A stretch of 64,000 nucleotides of DNA from the NCBI GenBank assembly GCA_963665815.1, contig OY762463.1, positions 544,001 to 608,000 on the forward strand, in the 5' to 3' direction. How positions within the stretch are numbered: the stretch's first letter is position 1; each line of letters begins with the position of its first letter. The notes under the pieces were generated by a model. It was not told the origin of the DNA. It worked only from the letters and a program-made list of their open reading frames with translations, and searched no databases. Made by a program: the position numbers and the translations under genes. Below are positions 18,847-29,594 of this stretch, in pieces. This DNA is from Candidatus Cloacimonadales bacterium (GTDB lineage: Bacteria; Cloacimonadota; Cloacimonadia; Cloacimonadales; JAIOQZ01).

Positions 18847-20052
18847 ATGCTGAATTTAAAAAAACTATTTAAAACTGATAGATGTGTAAAATGCAAGGAC
18901 AACAAAGGCAGCAGATTCTGCCTGAGACTCGGTAAAGATATATGCTGGAGCTGCTGTAACAAGCTGAGAATTGACCTTACATGCTCTGAAAACTGTAAAT
19001 ACGCATTGCAGGAATACGAACAGAAAGGAATGTTCCAGTTTAAAGCACATACAGAGTCATTTTCAGAATATATTTCTTTGATTAAAGAAAGCATGACTAA
19101 ATGGATGATGTCTGAACAGGAAGCATTCGACAATCAGGTTCCGATACTGATGGCAGACGATCCTGAGAATAAAGAAATACTGCAGAAATACTTGAATTCT
19201 GTCAATTTCCCTGATTTCTTTCCTGTAAAATACCTGTACAAAAAGTTAAAACTTCCGGCAAGAAATACACCGGTTCTCATAAACCATGAGTCTGTGGCAA
19301 ACAGATTTCTTGACTTGTCAATTGAGAATAGCTGGGATGAAGCTGTTAAACTGCTTGACTATTACAGAGATGAAGTTCCTATAGAAATTATAAAAAAACA
19401 CTTATTGCTATGTAAACATCAGGATAGGATACGATCACGTGATGTTCTAACCTCTGCAACAACCAAAGACAATAATTCTGCATTGGTACATTATGAGATA
19501 AACAAAGCTTTTGAGTTGACCCTGCATGTTGTTAACAGAAACGGAGAATGGAGAGTAAAAAGCAGAATTTTCGGTCCTCCAACTCTATTTCACGATGAGA
19601 CAACTATTTGCAAACAGATTGCTGTGTTTTTGCAAACTCAAGATCTCAGTACAACCTTTGATATGCTCAAGAAGTACCTTGATGTTTATCCGGATTCTCC
19701 TGATTTGAACTACTATCAGGGAATGTATCAGTTATTCCATAACAGATTCGAAGCTGCAGCAGAATGGTTTGAAGCTGCTCTTATATTAGAGCCATCAGTC
19801 TATGAGGCTAAGTACAATCTTGCATTTATCAACCAGGTTACTAAAAAGACAGATATTGCAGAGAAAATGTACAAAGAGCTGCTTACAAGAAATAAACAGG
19901 ATGTCAGAGTTCTTAATAATCTGGCATCGATTAATTACGAAAACAATAAACTTGAGGAAGCAAAGAAATATGTTGATGAATGCCTCAAGCTTCATCCTGA
20001 CTACGAAATTGCTCTCAAGAATCTCGAAAGAATAGAGAAAGCACTTAGTTAA
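18847..20052 (+). CDS. TPR protein with N-terminal Cys cluster
   Basis: CVKC...C.....ICWSCC......C...C then C-terminal TPRs (AKYNLA, VLNNLA); start 18829 or 18847. Confidence 0.75.
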   Translation: MLNLKKLFKTDRCVKCKDNKGSRFCLRLGKDICWSCCNKLRIDLTCSENCKYALQEYEQKGMFQFKAHTESFSEYISLIKESMTKWMMSEQEAFDNQVPILMADDPENKEILQKYLNSVNFPDFFPVKYLYKKLKLPARNTPVLINHESVANRFLDLSIENSWDEAVKLLDYYRDEVPIEIIKKHLLLCKHQDRIRSRDVLTSATTKDNNSALVHYEINKAFELTLHVVNRNGEWRVKSRIFGPPTLFHDETTICKQIAVFLQTQDLSTTFDMLKKYLDVYPDSPDLNYYQGMYQLFHNRFEAAAEWFEAALILEPSVYEAKYNLAFINQVTKKTDIAEKMYKELLTRNKQDVRVLNNLASINYENNKLEEAKKYVDECLKLHPDYEIALKNLERIEKALS

Positions 20053-20068
20053 ACTTCGGAGTAAGTTA

Positions 20069-21136
20069 ATGAAAATCGTTAGTATTATAGGGGCAAGACC
20101 TCAATTTATAAAGGCAGCAACTGTCACAAGAGAAATTGGTAAACACGATGATGTAACAGAAATTCTGGTGCATACCGGGCAGCATTACGATAAAAACATG
20201 TCAGATGTTTTTTTTGAAGAACTGCAGATTCCACAACCGAAATACAATCTTGAAGTTGGTTCCGGTACTCATGGAGCACAAACAGCAAAAATGCTGATCA
20301 AAATTGAAGAAGTTCTTCTTGAGGAAAAACCTGACTGGGTACTGGTATACGGTGATACAAATTCTACAATAGCAGGTGCACTCGCTGCTGTGAAACTTCA
20401 CATACCTGTAGCACATGTAGAAGCATGTCTCAGATCGTTCAACAGGAAAATGCCAGAAGAAATAAACAGAATAACAACTGATCATGCATCAAGTCTGTTA
20501 TTCACTGCCACAAAGAAATCAATCATGCAGTCAGCTAAAGAAGGACTGGAAGAAAAAACTGTGTTCTCCGGAGATGTTATGTATGATTCAATCCTTTTCT
20601 ATAAAGAGTTTCTGAAAAACAATCCTGATTCTCACTCTGTTGAAGGCATACCTGACAAATTCTATCTTGCAACCATTCACAGACCACAAAACACAGACAA
20701 CCCTGAAAGAATGAAATCCATTTTTTCGGCATTTGAACAACTGAAGTATCCTGTTGTTCTCCCCCTTCACCCGAGAACTCATAAGATAGTTAACGAAATG
20801 GGTTTAAACGGAGATAACATTGTGATAATCCCTCCTGTAAGTTATCTGGAAATGATAAAATTGCTGAATGACTGCGAAAAAGTCCTCACAGACTCAGGTG
20901 GTCTTCAGAAAGAAGCTTACTTCATGCAGAGGCAATGCATAACAATGCGTGACGAGACCGAATGGGTGGACACTCTGCACAATAACTGGAACACTATAAC
21001 TAGTGCAGACGAAGAAAAAATACTTGCCGCAGTAAATTCTGAAATTACCGATTACAAACAAGTTAATGAATTCGGTAACGGTAATGCTGCTGAAATTATA
21101 GTTAATACTCTTAAGAAATCAAATATAACATTATAG
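20069..21136 (+). CDS. wecB: Non-hydrolysing UDP-N-acetylglucosamine 2-epimerase family (WecB/WbpI-like)
   Basis: GARPQFIK, HTGQHYD, GDTNST, MPEEINR, TDSGGLQKEA. Confidence 0.9.
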   Translation: MKIVSIIGARPQFIKAATVTREIGKHDDVTEILVHTGQHYDKNMSDVFFEELQIPQPKYNLEVGSGTHGAQTAKMLIKIEEVLLEEKPDWVLVYGDTNSTIAGALAAVKLHIPVAHVEACLRSFNRKMPEEINRITTDHASSLLFTATKKSIMQSAKEGLEEKTVFSGDVMYDSILFYKEFLKNNPDSHSVEGIPDKFYLATIHRPQNTDNPERMKSIFSAFEQLKYPVVLPLHPRTHKIVNEMGLNGDNIVIIPPVSYLEMIKLLNDCEKVLTDSGGLQKEAYFMQRQCITMRDETEWVDTLHNNWNTITSADEEKILAAVNSEITDYKQVNEFGNGNAAEIIVNTLKKSNITL

Positions 21137-21155
21137 AACAGTTTCAGGAGCTCTA

Positions 21156-22226
21156 ATGAGAAAACAATATTTATTGTATTTATTTATAACTTGTCTATTG
21201 CAGATTGTTTCCTGCAAAACGTCAGTTTCTCGAAATATTGACGGTGTAAATATCATAGAGAATAAAAACTGCGATATTGTTAATTTCAATTATGAACCTG
21301 AAACTACCATATCAGATAGTGAAGAACACGAAATCTTTTTTTCTAGAATTGTTGATTTAGATGTTGATTCTGATGGTAATATTTACATTCTTGATGGAGA
21401 TAAATGCAGTTTGTTCAAATACTCAAAAAATGGGGACTTTGAAAGACAATTCTGTTCTCAAGGTAAAGGTCCTGAAGAATTGCTGTTTCCTGAAAGCATG
21501 ACAATAACTGAAAACAATGAGATATTTGTTTATGATGGAGGTAATCAGAGAATATCTATCCTGAATACTGAAGGCAAATACTTAAGAACAATTAAAACTG
21601 ACATTGTTTTAGGTAGATTAGAATCATATATGAGTAATATTCTTGTATCTTCAAGCAGTTTAGAAAGCTTTAGTGAAGCTCAGGAATATTATTTCCATGA
21701 ATACGATTCAAACATGAAGCATATTAAGTCTTTTGGTGAATTTATGCCTGAACTGAAAACTGAGGAAAACTATCTGTTGAAATGTTCAGTGACTTCCACA
21801 TGTAACAATATTGCAGTTAACTCATATATAGCTTCAACTGTATCTGATATTTTCAAAGATGGTGTTCTATCTTACAGAGTAGTAAGACCTTTACCATACA
21901 AACCTGCTAAATCAGGTCAAAAAGAAAAAAACATTTATGAAGTTGATGTTGTCACAAAAAGTGTTGCAGTATCTGATGAGGGTGAAATTTTTTACCTGAC
22001 TGCCGGCTATAAAGAACATAAGGACGGACAACCTGCTCTCAGTTATTTAGACGTTACTACATCTGATGGCTTGATGTACAACCGTTATAGCATTAATAAA
22101 AATATCAGCATGATTCATGTTGATTCATTCAAAAGACTATTTCTTGTAGATTCCGAAAATCAGAATATTCTTGTCTATAATTCTGTTGTTGATAATGTTG
22201 AATCTGCAATGAAAAAAAAGAAGTAA
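21156..22226 (+). CDS. 6-bladed beta-propeller (NHL-type) lipoprotein
   Basis: Lipobox IVSC; DVDSDGNIYILD and GKGPEEL..P repeats. Confidence 0.8.
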   Translation: MRKQYLLYLFITCLLQIVSCKTSVSRNIDGVNIIENKNCDIVNFNYEPETTISDSEEHEIFFSRIVDLDVDSDGNIYILDGDKCSLFKYSKNGDFERQFCSQGKGPEELLFPESMTITENNEIFVYDGGNQRISILNTEGKYLRTIKTDIVLGRLESYMSNILVSSSSLESFSEAQEYYFHEYDSNMKHIKSFGEFMPELKTEENYLLKCSVTSTCNNIAVNSYIASTVSDIFKDGVLSYRVVRPLPYKPAKSGQKEKNIYEVDVVTKSVAVSDEGEIFYLTAGYKEHKDGQPALSYLDVTTSDGLMYNRYSINKNISMIHVDSFKRLFLVDSENQNILVYNSVVDNVESAMKKKK

Positions 22227-22266
22227 AATAATTTTAAATATTAACGATAATTCAATAGAGGTAAAA

Positions 22267-23301
22267 ATGAAAGAATTAAAATTTAATCTGATCGGATGCG
22301 GAAGAATATCTAAAAATCATTTTGAATCTTTCCAGCAGATTGAAGGGGCTGAAATTACAGCTTGTGCAGACATAATCGTTGAGAGAGCTGAAGAAGCTGC
22401 TCAGAAATACAACATTCCTAAATTCTATCAAGACTACATCGAAATGCTGGAAACAGAAAAACCTGATTGTGTAATCATCTGTACTCCTAGCGGAATGCAC
22501 CCTGAAATGGGTATCGAAGCTGCAAACAGAAAAATAAATGTTGTCACTGAAAAACCAATGGCAATTAAACTTGATGAGGCTGATGCTCTTGTAAAAGCGT
22601 GCGACAGAAACGGTGTAAGACTTTTTGTTGTTAAGCAGAACAGACTCAACACAACTATCCAGCTTCTAAAACGGGCAGTTGATAAAGGCAGATTCGGTAG
22701 AATTTACATGGCTCATTGTAATGTTTTCTGGCAAAGACCTCAGAGCTATTACGATCTGGCTAAGTGGAGAGGAACCTGGGAATTTGACGGTGGCGCATTT
22801 ATGAATCAAGCCAGCCACTATGTTGATAAAATGCATTGGTTGATCGGGCATGTGGACCATGTTCTTGCAGAAACTGCCACTCTCGACAGACATATTGAAG
22901 GGGAAGATACCGGTTCAGCTATCCTTAAGTTCCGTAATGGAGCAATAGGAACACTCAACGTAACGATGCTTACCTACCCGAAAAACTTTGAAGGATCTCT
23001 AACAATACTCGGAGAAAAAGGTACCGTAAAAGTAGGTGGAATTGCCGTTAATAAAATTGAAAAATGGGAATTCGAAGATTATGATGATGATGACAGAATT
23101 GTCCATGAAAGCAATTACCAACCACCAAATATCTATGGTCTTGGACACCTTCCATATCACAAGAATGTTGTGGAAACACTTCGTGGTAAAGCAGAAGCCA
23201 ATACAGACGGTCGTGACGGAAGAAAATCTCTCGAGATAATTCAGGCAATCTACCTGTCAGCAAAAACAGGTAAAAAAGTTTCCTTACCACTTTCGATCTA
23301 A
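22267..23301 (+). CDS. Gfo/Idh/MocA oxidoreductase, WbpB/WlbA-like UDP-sugar 3-dehydrogenase
   Basis: GCGRIS, CTPSGMH, EKPMA, VKQNRLN, WRGTWEFDGGAFMNQASHYVD. Confidence 0.85.
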   Translation: MKELKFNLIGCGRISKNHFESFQQIEGAEITACADIIVERAEEAAQKYNIPKFYQDYIEMLETEKPDCVIICTPSGMHPEMGIEAANRKINVVTEKPMAIKLDEADALVKACDRNGVRLFVVKQNRLNTTIQLLKRAVDKGRFGRIYMAHCNVFWQRPQSYYDLAKWRGTWEFDGGAFMNQASHYVDKMHWLIGHVDHVLAETATLDRHIEGEDTGSAILKFRNGAIGTLNVTMLTYPKNFEGSLTILGEKGTVKVGGIAVNKIEKWEFEDYDDDDRIVHESNYQPPNIYGLGHLPYHKNVVETLRGKAEANTDGRDGRKSLEIIQAIYLSAKTGKKVSLPLSI

Positions 23302-23302
23302 T

Positions 23303-23818
23303 ATGGCTGGATTTGTACTCTGGTTTACAGGACTTTCAGGTTCAGGAAAGACTACACTTGCAAAGTCTGTGATCTCTGCTATAGAAGGCAAAACTCCGGT
23401 TGAGCATCTTGATGGAGATGTAATCAGAGACAGGTTTCCCGGAACAGGATTTACAGGAAAAGAAAGAAAAAAACATATACAAAGGGTGGGCTTTATAGCC
23501 CACCTTCTCGAAAAACACAATGTGGCTGTTGTCGTATCATTAATTTCTCCGTTCAGAGAAACCAGAGATGACATCAGAGCAATGTGTACAAACTTCATTG
23601 AAATTCATTTATCAACCAATCTCTGTGTGTGTGAAAACAGGGATGTAAAAGGACTTTACCGGAAAGCCAGAAATGGTGAAATAAAACATTTCACAGGAAT
23701 TGACAGTCCTTACGAACCACCATTGAACCCAGAGCTTACCATCAATACTGAAATCATTTCTATCGAAAATTCCACTACCGAAATTGTTAATTACCTGATC
23801 TCAAGAGGTTTAATATGA
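23303..23818 (+). CDS. cysC: Adenylyl-sulfate kinase
   Basis: [34 protein letters not shown]. Confidence 0.95.
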   Translation: MAGFVLWFTGLSGSGKTTLAKSVISAIEGKTPVEHLDGDVIRDRFPGTGFTGKERKKHIQRVGFIAHLLEKHNVAVVVSLISPFRETRDDIRAMCTNFIEIHLSTNLCVCENRDVKGLYRKARNGEIKHFTGIDSPYEPPLNPELTINTEIISIENSTTEIVNYLISRGLI

Positions 23819-24693
23819 ACGATCTGCAAAAACTTGAAAGCAACAGTATTCAGATAATCCGAGAAGCCTATGCCTGTTTTAAAAACATGGGAATGCTCTG
23901 GTCTATAGGCAAAGACAGTACTGTTTTGCTCTGGCTAACCAGAAAAGCCTTTTTCGGTCATGTTCCGTTTCCATTAATTCATATTGATACGAAGTACAAG
24001 ATTCCTGAGATGATACGTTATAGGGATGATCTTGTCAGAAGATGGAAACTGAAGATGGTCGTGGGCAGCAATATAAAAGCTCTTGCAGATAAGGAAACCT
24101 ATCCTGATGGAAAAACAGACCGACTTACTTGCTGTAAAAACCTTAAATCCGAAGCATTGAAGAATACATTGAACGGCTACTGGAGAAGACAGATTTTCGA
24201 TCATGAAAAAGACTGCTACGTAAATGATGAAAACAGATATGCATTTCAAGGTGTTATCGTTGGTATCAGAGCTGACGAAGAAGGTTCCCGTTCTAAAGAA
24301 CGCTACTTCTCTGCACGTAATTATGATAACGACTGGGAAATTGCCAGCCAGCCTCCTGAATTCTGGAGTTATTTTAAAACAGACTTTGCTCCGGGAACTC
24401 ATGTAAGAGTTCATCCGCTTCTGGACTGGACAGAACTTGACATCTGGAGATACATTGAGCATGAAAACATCCCAATGGTTTCCCTTTATTATGATCAGGG
24501 AGATGGTAAGCGATATCGCTCTTTAGGCTGCGGCACCTGCACCTTCCCTATTGACTCAACTGCTGCTGACAATGCAGATATTATCGAGGAACTGGAATCA
24601 GGGCAGCTTGCTAATATTGGAGAACGTTCCGGTAGAGCTCAGGATAAAGAAGATGGTGGTCTGGAAACCCTGAGGAAGAACGGGTATATGTAA
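23815..24693 (+). CDS. cysD: Sulfate adenylyltransferase subunit 2
   Basis: [36 protein letters not shown]. Confidence 0.93.
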   Translation: MNDLQKLESNSIQIIREAYACFKNMGMLWSIGKDSTVLLWLTRKAFFGHVPFPLIHIDTKYKIPEMIRYRDDLVRRWKLKMVVGSNIKALADKETYPDGKTDRLTCCKNLKSEALKNTLNGYWRRQIFDHEKDCYVNDENRYAFQGVIVGIRADEEGSRSKERYFSARNYDNDWEIASQPPEFWSYFKTDFAPGTHVRVHPLLDWTELDIWRYIEHENIPMVSLYYDQGDGKRYRSLGCGTCTFPIDSTAADNADIIEELESGQLANIGERSGRAQDKEDGGLETLRKNGYM

Positions 24694-24698
24694 GGAGT

Positions 24699-26495
24699 GT
24701 GATGATGGAAACAATGAAGATAGTTATTGCCGGACATGTAGATCATGGTAAATCAACCATTATTGGACGCCTGCTTGCAGATACCGATTCACTCCCTGAA
24801 GGAAAGCTGGATCAGGTAAAACAGTTTTGCCACAACAACTCCCGTCCCTTCGAATACGCTTTTCTGTTAGATGCGTTGAAAGACGAACAGGCTCAGGGAA
24901 TTACAATAGACTCTGCACGGGTTTTCTTTAAATCAGCGAAACGTAAATACATTATTTTCGATGCTCCCGGGCACATAGAGTTTCTCAAAAACATGGTAAC
25001 CGGTGCTTCACAGGCAGAAGCTGCATTACTGGTTATAGACAGTTCTGAAGGTATTAGGGAGAATTCAAGAAGACATGCTTACATGCTTTCTCTGCTTGGA
25101 ATAAAACAGATTGCCGTTTTGGTTAATAAAATGGATCTCGTTAACTGGTCTGAAGAAGTCTTCAACAGCATAAAATCGGAATTCACAGAGTTCCTCAAAG
25201 GTCTTTGTATAGAACCGAGAGCATTTATACCTGTCAGTGGGCTCACAGGTTCCGGTATAACCGATACTGTTAAGAACCAATACAGCGAGTATGAAAACCA
25301 TGTCCTGAATGTACTGGATACGTTCGAATCAGTCAGTTCGTCATCTGATCTGCCGTTCAGGATGCCTGTACAGGATGTCTACAAATTCACCGCAGAGGGT
25401 GATAACAGAAGAATTGTTGCAGGATCTATAAGATCAGGATCAATCAAAACTTCTGATGAAGTCGTTTTCTATCCATCTCTGAAAAAAAGCAGGATTTTCT
25501 CTATAGAGAGTTTTCCTCCAGTAAAAACCGGTAAACTTTCTACCGGAGACCACTGCGGTTTTACTCTGGAAGAGCAGATATTTATCACCAGAGGTGAAAT
25601 TGCTGCCTTGCAGAATGAAACACCTCCTCACGTTTCCGGCAAACTTCTGGTTAGTCTGTTCTGGTTGAGTAAAAACAATCTTGTGTTAAACAAAGAATAT
25701 CTGATAAAAATAGGAACAACCAAAGTTCCCTGTAAAATAGAACAGTTTAATAAAATACTCAACAGCTCAGATCTCAACATTATCTCTGATAGAAAACATC
25801 TTGAGAACCACGAGGTCTGTGAATGTGTCATATCCTGCAGAACCCCAATTGCATTTGATGCGGATAACAGACTACCCGATACATCCCGTTTTGTTCTGAT
25901 TGATGATTATGAGATTTCCGGTGGTGGAATCATTAGAGAAGCAGTTTCCGACGATCAGCAGAAGATACGCGATGATGTCAGGATCCGTGAATCTAAATGG
26001 ATACACAGTAATATAAACCTTGCCGAACGCTCAGAACGATACAACCAGAAACCTTTACTGATAATGATTACCGGTAAAGGGAAAACCGGACGTAAGACTC
26101 TCGCACGTGATCTTGAGAAAAAAATGTTTGAAAAAGGAAAGTTCGTTTATTATCTTGGTATGGGAAGTGTCCTTTATGGTGTAAGCTCTGATCTGAAAGA
26201 ACGTGATGCTGATAGCAGACAGGAAATCATAAGAAGATTCACGGAGGTTGCCAATATCATGCTTAATGCCGGGCTTATCCTGATTGTAACAGCTCTTGAA
26301 TTCACTCTTATTGAGCAGAGAATGCTGGAAACAATCATAAACAACGTAGATGTTAAAACTATCTGGACAGGAAATGAGATCAGTACAGATCTTAAACCGG
26401 ATATACATTTCAGCAATGATATGGATCTACAGTCCCGTACATCTGAAGTTCTCGATATCCTCGGAAATGAAGGTTATATATTTAAGTCGTGGTAA
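24699..26495 (+). CDS. cysN: Sulfate adenylyltransferase subunit 1 fused to a degenerate APS-kinase domain (CysNC/NodQ-like)
   Basis: [25 protein letters not shown]-terminal kinase-like domain with altered motifs. Confidence 0.9.
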   Translation: MMMETMKIVIAGHVDHGKSTIIGRLLADTDSLPEGKLDQVKQFCHNNSRPFEYAFLLDALKDEQAQGITIDSARVFFKSAKRKYIIFDAPGHIEFLKNMVTGASQAEAALLVIDSSEGIRENSRRHAYMLSLLGIKQIAVLVNKMDLVNWSEEVFNSIKSEFTEFLKGLCIEPRAFIPVSGLTGSGITDTVKNQYSEYENHVLNVLDTFESVSSSSDLPFRMPVQDVYKFTAEGDNRRIVAGSIRSGSIKTSDEVVFYPSLKKSRIFSIESFPPVKTGKLSTGDHCGFTLEEQIFITRGEIAALQNETPPHVSGKLLVSLFWLSKNNLVLNKEYLIKIGTTKVPCKIEQFNKILNSSDLNIISDRKHLENHEVCECVISCRTPIAFDADNRLPDTSRFVLIDDYEISGGGIIREAVSDDQQKIRDDVRIRESKWIHSNINLAERSERYNQKPLLIMITGKGKTGRKTLARDLEKKMFEKGKFVYYLGMGSVLYGVSSDLKERDADSRQEIIRRFTEVANIMLNAGLILIVTALEFTLIEQRMLETIINNVDVKTIWTGNEISTDLKPDIHFSNDMDLQSRTSEVLDILGNEGYIFKSW

Positions 26496-26711
26496 AACTA
26501 TGGTAACTTTTATTCAATGCAGTTTGCGGAGTAATATTCATAAAATTCTTTATCCTTCAATTCATGTTCAAGAATATTCTGGAATTGATATTTCAACATC
26601 ATTTTGTGTCTCATAGGCATTTCATTGTCAAACCTTCAGCAATTTTATCTGGATTTAACTCGTCGAAAACATTATCAATATTAGAGCATTCCACTGGTGT
26701 TCAGGATAAAT

Positions 26712-26738
26712 CAACCGTAGGATTGTCTCTACGCGATA
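26712..26738 (-). repeat. Degenerate inverted copy of the 44-bp REP-like element
   Basis: CAACCGTAGGATTGTCTCTACGCGATA matches the reverse complement of 6440-6483 at 23/27 positions. Confidence 0.7.
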
Positions 26739-26739
26739 T

Positions 26740-26767
26740 AAAAAAAGAGGAACAAACTGTTCCTCTT
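26740..26767 (-). terminator. Intrinsic terminator of the gyrB-gyrA-guaA operon
   Basis: AAGAGGAACA-AAC-TGTTCCTCTT hairpin with a minus-strand T tract. Confidence 0.8.
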
Positions 26768-26774
26768 CTATAAA

Positions 26775-29591
26775 CTATTTATATATCACACCAATTCTGG
26801 CCTGATATTTCTTCAGCCATTCCTGATACTTCTCTTCCCGAAGCTGCTCACGAAAAGCTTTTCTTTCTTTGTAATAACGAGATTTATTCCCCTTCACAAT
26901 TCTGTCTACTCTATAGAACATGTAGTGGTCATCATCCAATCTGATAGGAGAACTGTAATCACCAGGTTTTCTTCTCAACAAATCTTGAATAACAGCGTCA
27001 CTGTATTTTATTCCAGGGATTTCACTTTTGATAGAAAGATCCTTTAATGTTACCCATTCTCCAAAAACTTTCAGCAGGTAATCCGGAGAGCGTCCCAGCT
27101 TCAACTCAGAAATTAACTCGTTAATGTATTCTTTTATCATAACCTGTCTTGATTTCTCATAGAGCTTAGTTTTTATCAAAGGTAAAGCTGTTTCAAAATC
27201 AGCAGGTTCAGATGTCCTCTTTTTGATAAGGAAAACAACTGCTGCACCTGTTTCGGTTTTGACAATACTTGAGTACTTCTCGTTGTTCCAGAGCAACATC
27301 AGTTTACGTTTAAGGTGTTTGATATTACCAAGAGGAGGAAAGTCCAGATCAGCATCCTGAAACTCAGTTTTGAACACAAGAGAGTCACCATATTTAATGC
27401 ACTCACCAAAATATGTGAGAGAATCAAACACAGCCTTAGCTTTAGAAAAAGCAGTATCTCTCGCTGCTTCCATTCTCAGTTTATTTCTAATGCTTTCTTT
27501 GGTCTGATTAAATGTAAGATAAGCAGGGCTGTAATTCTTAATCTTATAGAATATAAACCAGCCATTATCATAAAAAACAGGTTGAGAAACATCTCCTTCG
27601 GAGACCTGTCTGAGCATCTTAGATATTTCTTCAGGCAAGGATTTGTATTCCCTTCTACTGTTACGCACAAGACTGTAAGGATCAGAAATTACACTACCTG
27701 ACATCTGGAAAACCTCGGCACTTAGCTGAAAACTCAAATCAGTAACATACTTGTTTCTAATCTTCTTCTCATCTTTTATATAAATATAGTCATACAAAAC
27801 CGACTCATCCATATAATATTCTTTCTCATGCTGATCGAAGTAATCTTTCAACACATCGTCTTCAATCTCAATGTTTGAGGCGTCATATGGGAAATACACA
27901 CCTCCGAGCTGAAGGCTGTCCGGAATAGTAAAACTGGATGAATTCTCTTCAAAGTATTTTCTGTGCATTTCAGTGTCGTACTCAATTTCATCTCTGGTCT
28001 TTATCTTCTGAATATCCTGAGCAACTTCCTCATATGCAGGAATATAGCCAGGGATAAGAGTATTAAGTTTATAGAAATAGTATTGACCATCAATGTAAAC
28101 AAATCCCGGTGTTCCATCATAACTTTCATCATTGATCACTTCACCAATAAAATCCAGAACCTTGGTTTTATTTTCCATTTTCTCAAGATAAATCCGTTCA
28201 TCCGATATTATAAAACCATATTCAGAACAGATTTTCTCAAGTTTCTTTGTCCTGAAACTGTTTTTAAGAATCAATTTTTTAATATTCTCAATCTTTTGCT
28301 CAGTTTCCCTGTTCACAATAGCTGTATGAATTTTATCTTTAACTTCTGCATAAGGCATCACCTCTCCAAAAGTAGTAAATTCCATGATGTTATCTTCATA
28401 GTATTTTTTCTTTTCAGTTTCAGTGATATTCCTGACTACTTTTACTTTGGATGTATCAATTGGAATAGTAGTAACACGAGCAATTTTCACTTTGAATGAA
28501 TCAATATTTGCCCTGAAATATTCTATATTATCTGTACTGAATTTACCTTTTCTACTGGAATTTATATAATCTTCCCAGACCTGATCCGATACTTCTTCAA
28601 ACTCAGCAAGAGATGGCTCAATTCTGTTCTTAACTTTGAGAATAAGATAACCGTTTCGGAATTCCCGTATTACCGGTTGAGATGAAACTACATCATGAAA
28701 TGCATCGGCAACAATATCCTTTGACTCTGGATAACTACCGAAGCTTTGACCTTCCTTAAGGTAATCCGTATCAAGACTATAGAACTCAGATTGAAAGTTA
28801 TACCTTAAGTTATTTGCAAACTTGAAAGCTTCTTCGTGAACCAGTATTTCCTTAACAACAACTGCGAGACTGTCCTTAACTTCCGGGAACGTTGCCTGAG
28901 CTCCGATACCTGAATCCACATAGTATTTTGTCAGAACAGAGTCAGTCACTTTTAGATCATTCACGAAGAGGCTATCAGGTATATATGTAAACATGAGCTT
29001 TATTTTTTCAGGAGATTTATATTTTTCTCTATTACTCTCAAAAAAAGCATATGCTTCTTCAGGATGAAAGTCTGTTGAAATATCCAACTTATTATCATCT
29101 ATTACAATGTAGCTCATATCAAAACTGATCTTTCTTTTTACATATTCTTCCTTAAGCTGTTCATCGGAAATATTGAAAGTATCGAACACAATTGATTTCA
29201 TCTTGCTTATAAGCAGATCGTGTTTAAGGTCATTCAATATCTTTTGTACTTTTTTCTTCTGCTTAGCTTTTATATACTTTGCCTTACTGAATGATCCATT
29301 GTCCTGAAACATCGGGTGATTCCCATATTCAGTAATGAAAAAGTCATCAACTTCCTGTTCGGAGACATTGACGCCAATCTCTTCAGCATAGTTCATCAAG
29401 GTCTTTTCTTCAATAAGATTGTTTATGATCTTATTATATTTAGCTCTACCAAGTAAATCGGATTTATCTGCTAACCATGCCCTGTCAATCTCCTTACGAG
29501 TGATTGTTAAGTCACCGACTGTAATTTTTGTTACAGCATTAAGTGATAATGCAATTGCTAACAGGACAAAACACAATACATGTTTTCTCAA
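26775..29591 (-). CDS. Large SurA/PpiD-like periplasmic chaperone with repeated modules
   Basis: Signal peptide, SurA-N-like helices (LIEEKTLMNYAEEIGVNVSEQEVD), repeated parvulin-like segments (GDVSQPV, GDYSSPI, FEEV). Confidence 0.7.
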   Translation of the reverse strand: MRKHVLCFVLLAIALSLNAVTKITVGDLTITRKEIDRAWLADKSDLLGRAKYNKIINNLIEEKTLMNYAEEIGVNVSEQEVDDFFITEYGNHPMFQDNGSFSKAKYIKAKQKKKVQKILNDLKHDLLISKMKSIVFDTFNISDEQLKEEYVKRKISFDMSYIVIDDNKLDISTDFHPEEAYAFFESNREKYKSPEKIKLMFTYIPDSLFVNDLKVTDSVLTKYYVDSGIGAQATFPEVKDSLAVVVKEILVHEEAFKFANNLRYNFQSEFYSLDTDYLKEGQSFGSYPESKDIVADAFHDVVSSQPVIREFRNGYLILKVKNRIEPSLAEFEEVSDQVWEDYINSSRKGKFSTDNIEYFRANIDSFKVKIARVTTIPIDTSKVKVVRNITETEKKKYYEDNIMEFTTFGEVMPYAEVKDKIHTAIVNRETEQKIENIKKLILKNSFRTKKLEKICSEYGFIISDERIYLEKMENKTKVLDFIGEVINDESYDGTPGFVYIDGQYYFYKLNTLIPGYIPAYEEVAQDIQKIKTRDEIEYDTEMHRKYFEENSSSFTIPDSLQLGGVYFPYDASNIEIEDDVLKDYFDQHEKEYYMDESVLYDYIYIKDEKKIRNKYVTDLSFQLSAEVFQMSGSVISDPYSLVRNSRREYKSLPEEISKMLRQVSEGDVSQPVFYDNGWFIFYKIKNYSPAYLTFNQTKESIRNKLRMEAARDTAFSKAKAVFDSLTYFGECIKYGDSLVFKTEFQDADLDFPPLGNIKHLKRKLMLLWNNEKYSSIVKTETGAAVVFLIKKRTSEPADFETALPLIKTKLYEKSRQVMIKEYINELISELKLGRSPDYLLKVFGEWVTLKDLSIKSEIPGIKYSDAVIQDLLRRKPGDYSSPIRLDDDHYMFYRVDRIVKGNKSRYYKERKAFREQLREEKYQEWLKKYQARIGVIYK

Positions 29592-29594
29592 AAA

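Noticed and set aside
26496-26710. Degraded ferritin/rubrerythrin-like pseudogene on the minus strand
   Set aside because: Only short broken frames (e.g. FQNILEHELKDKEFYEYY); similarity too weak to support
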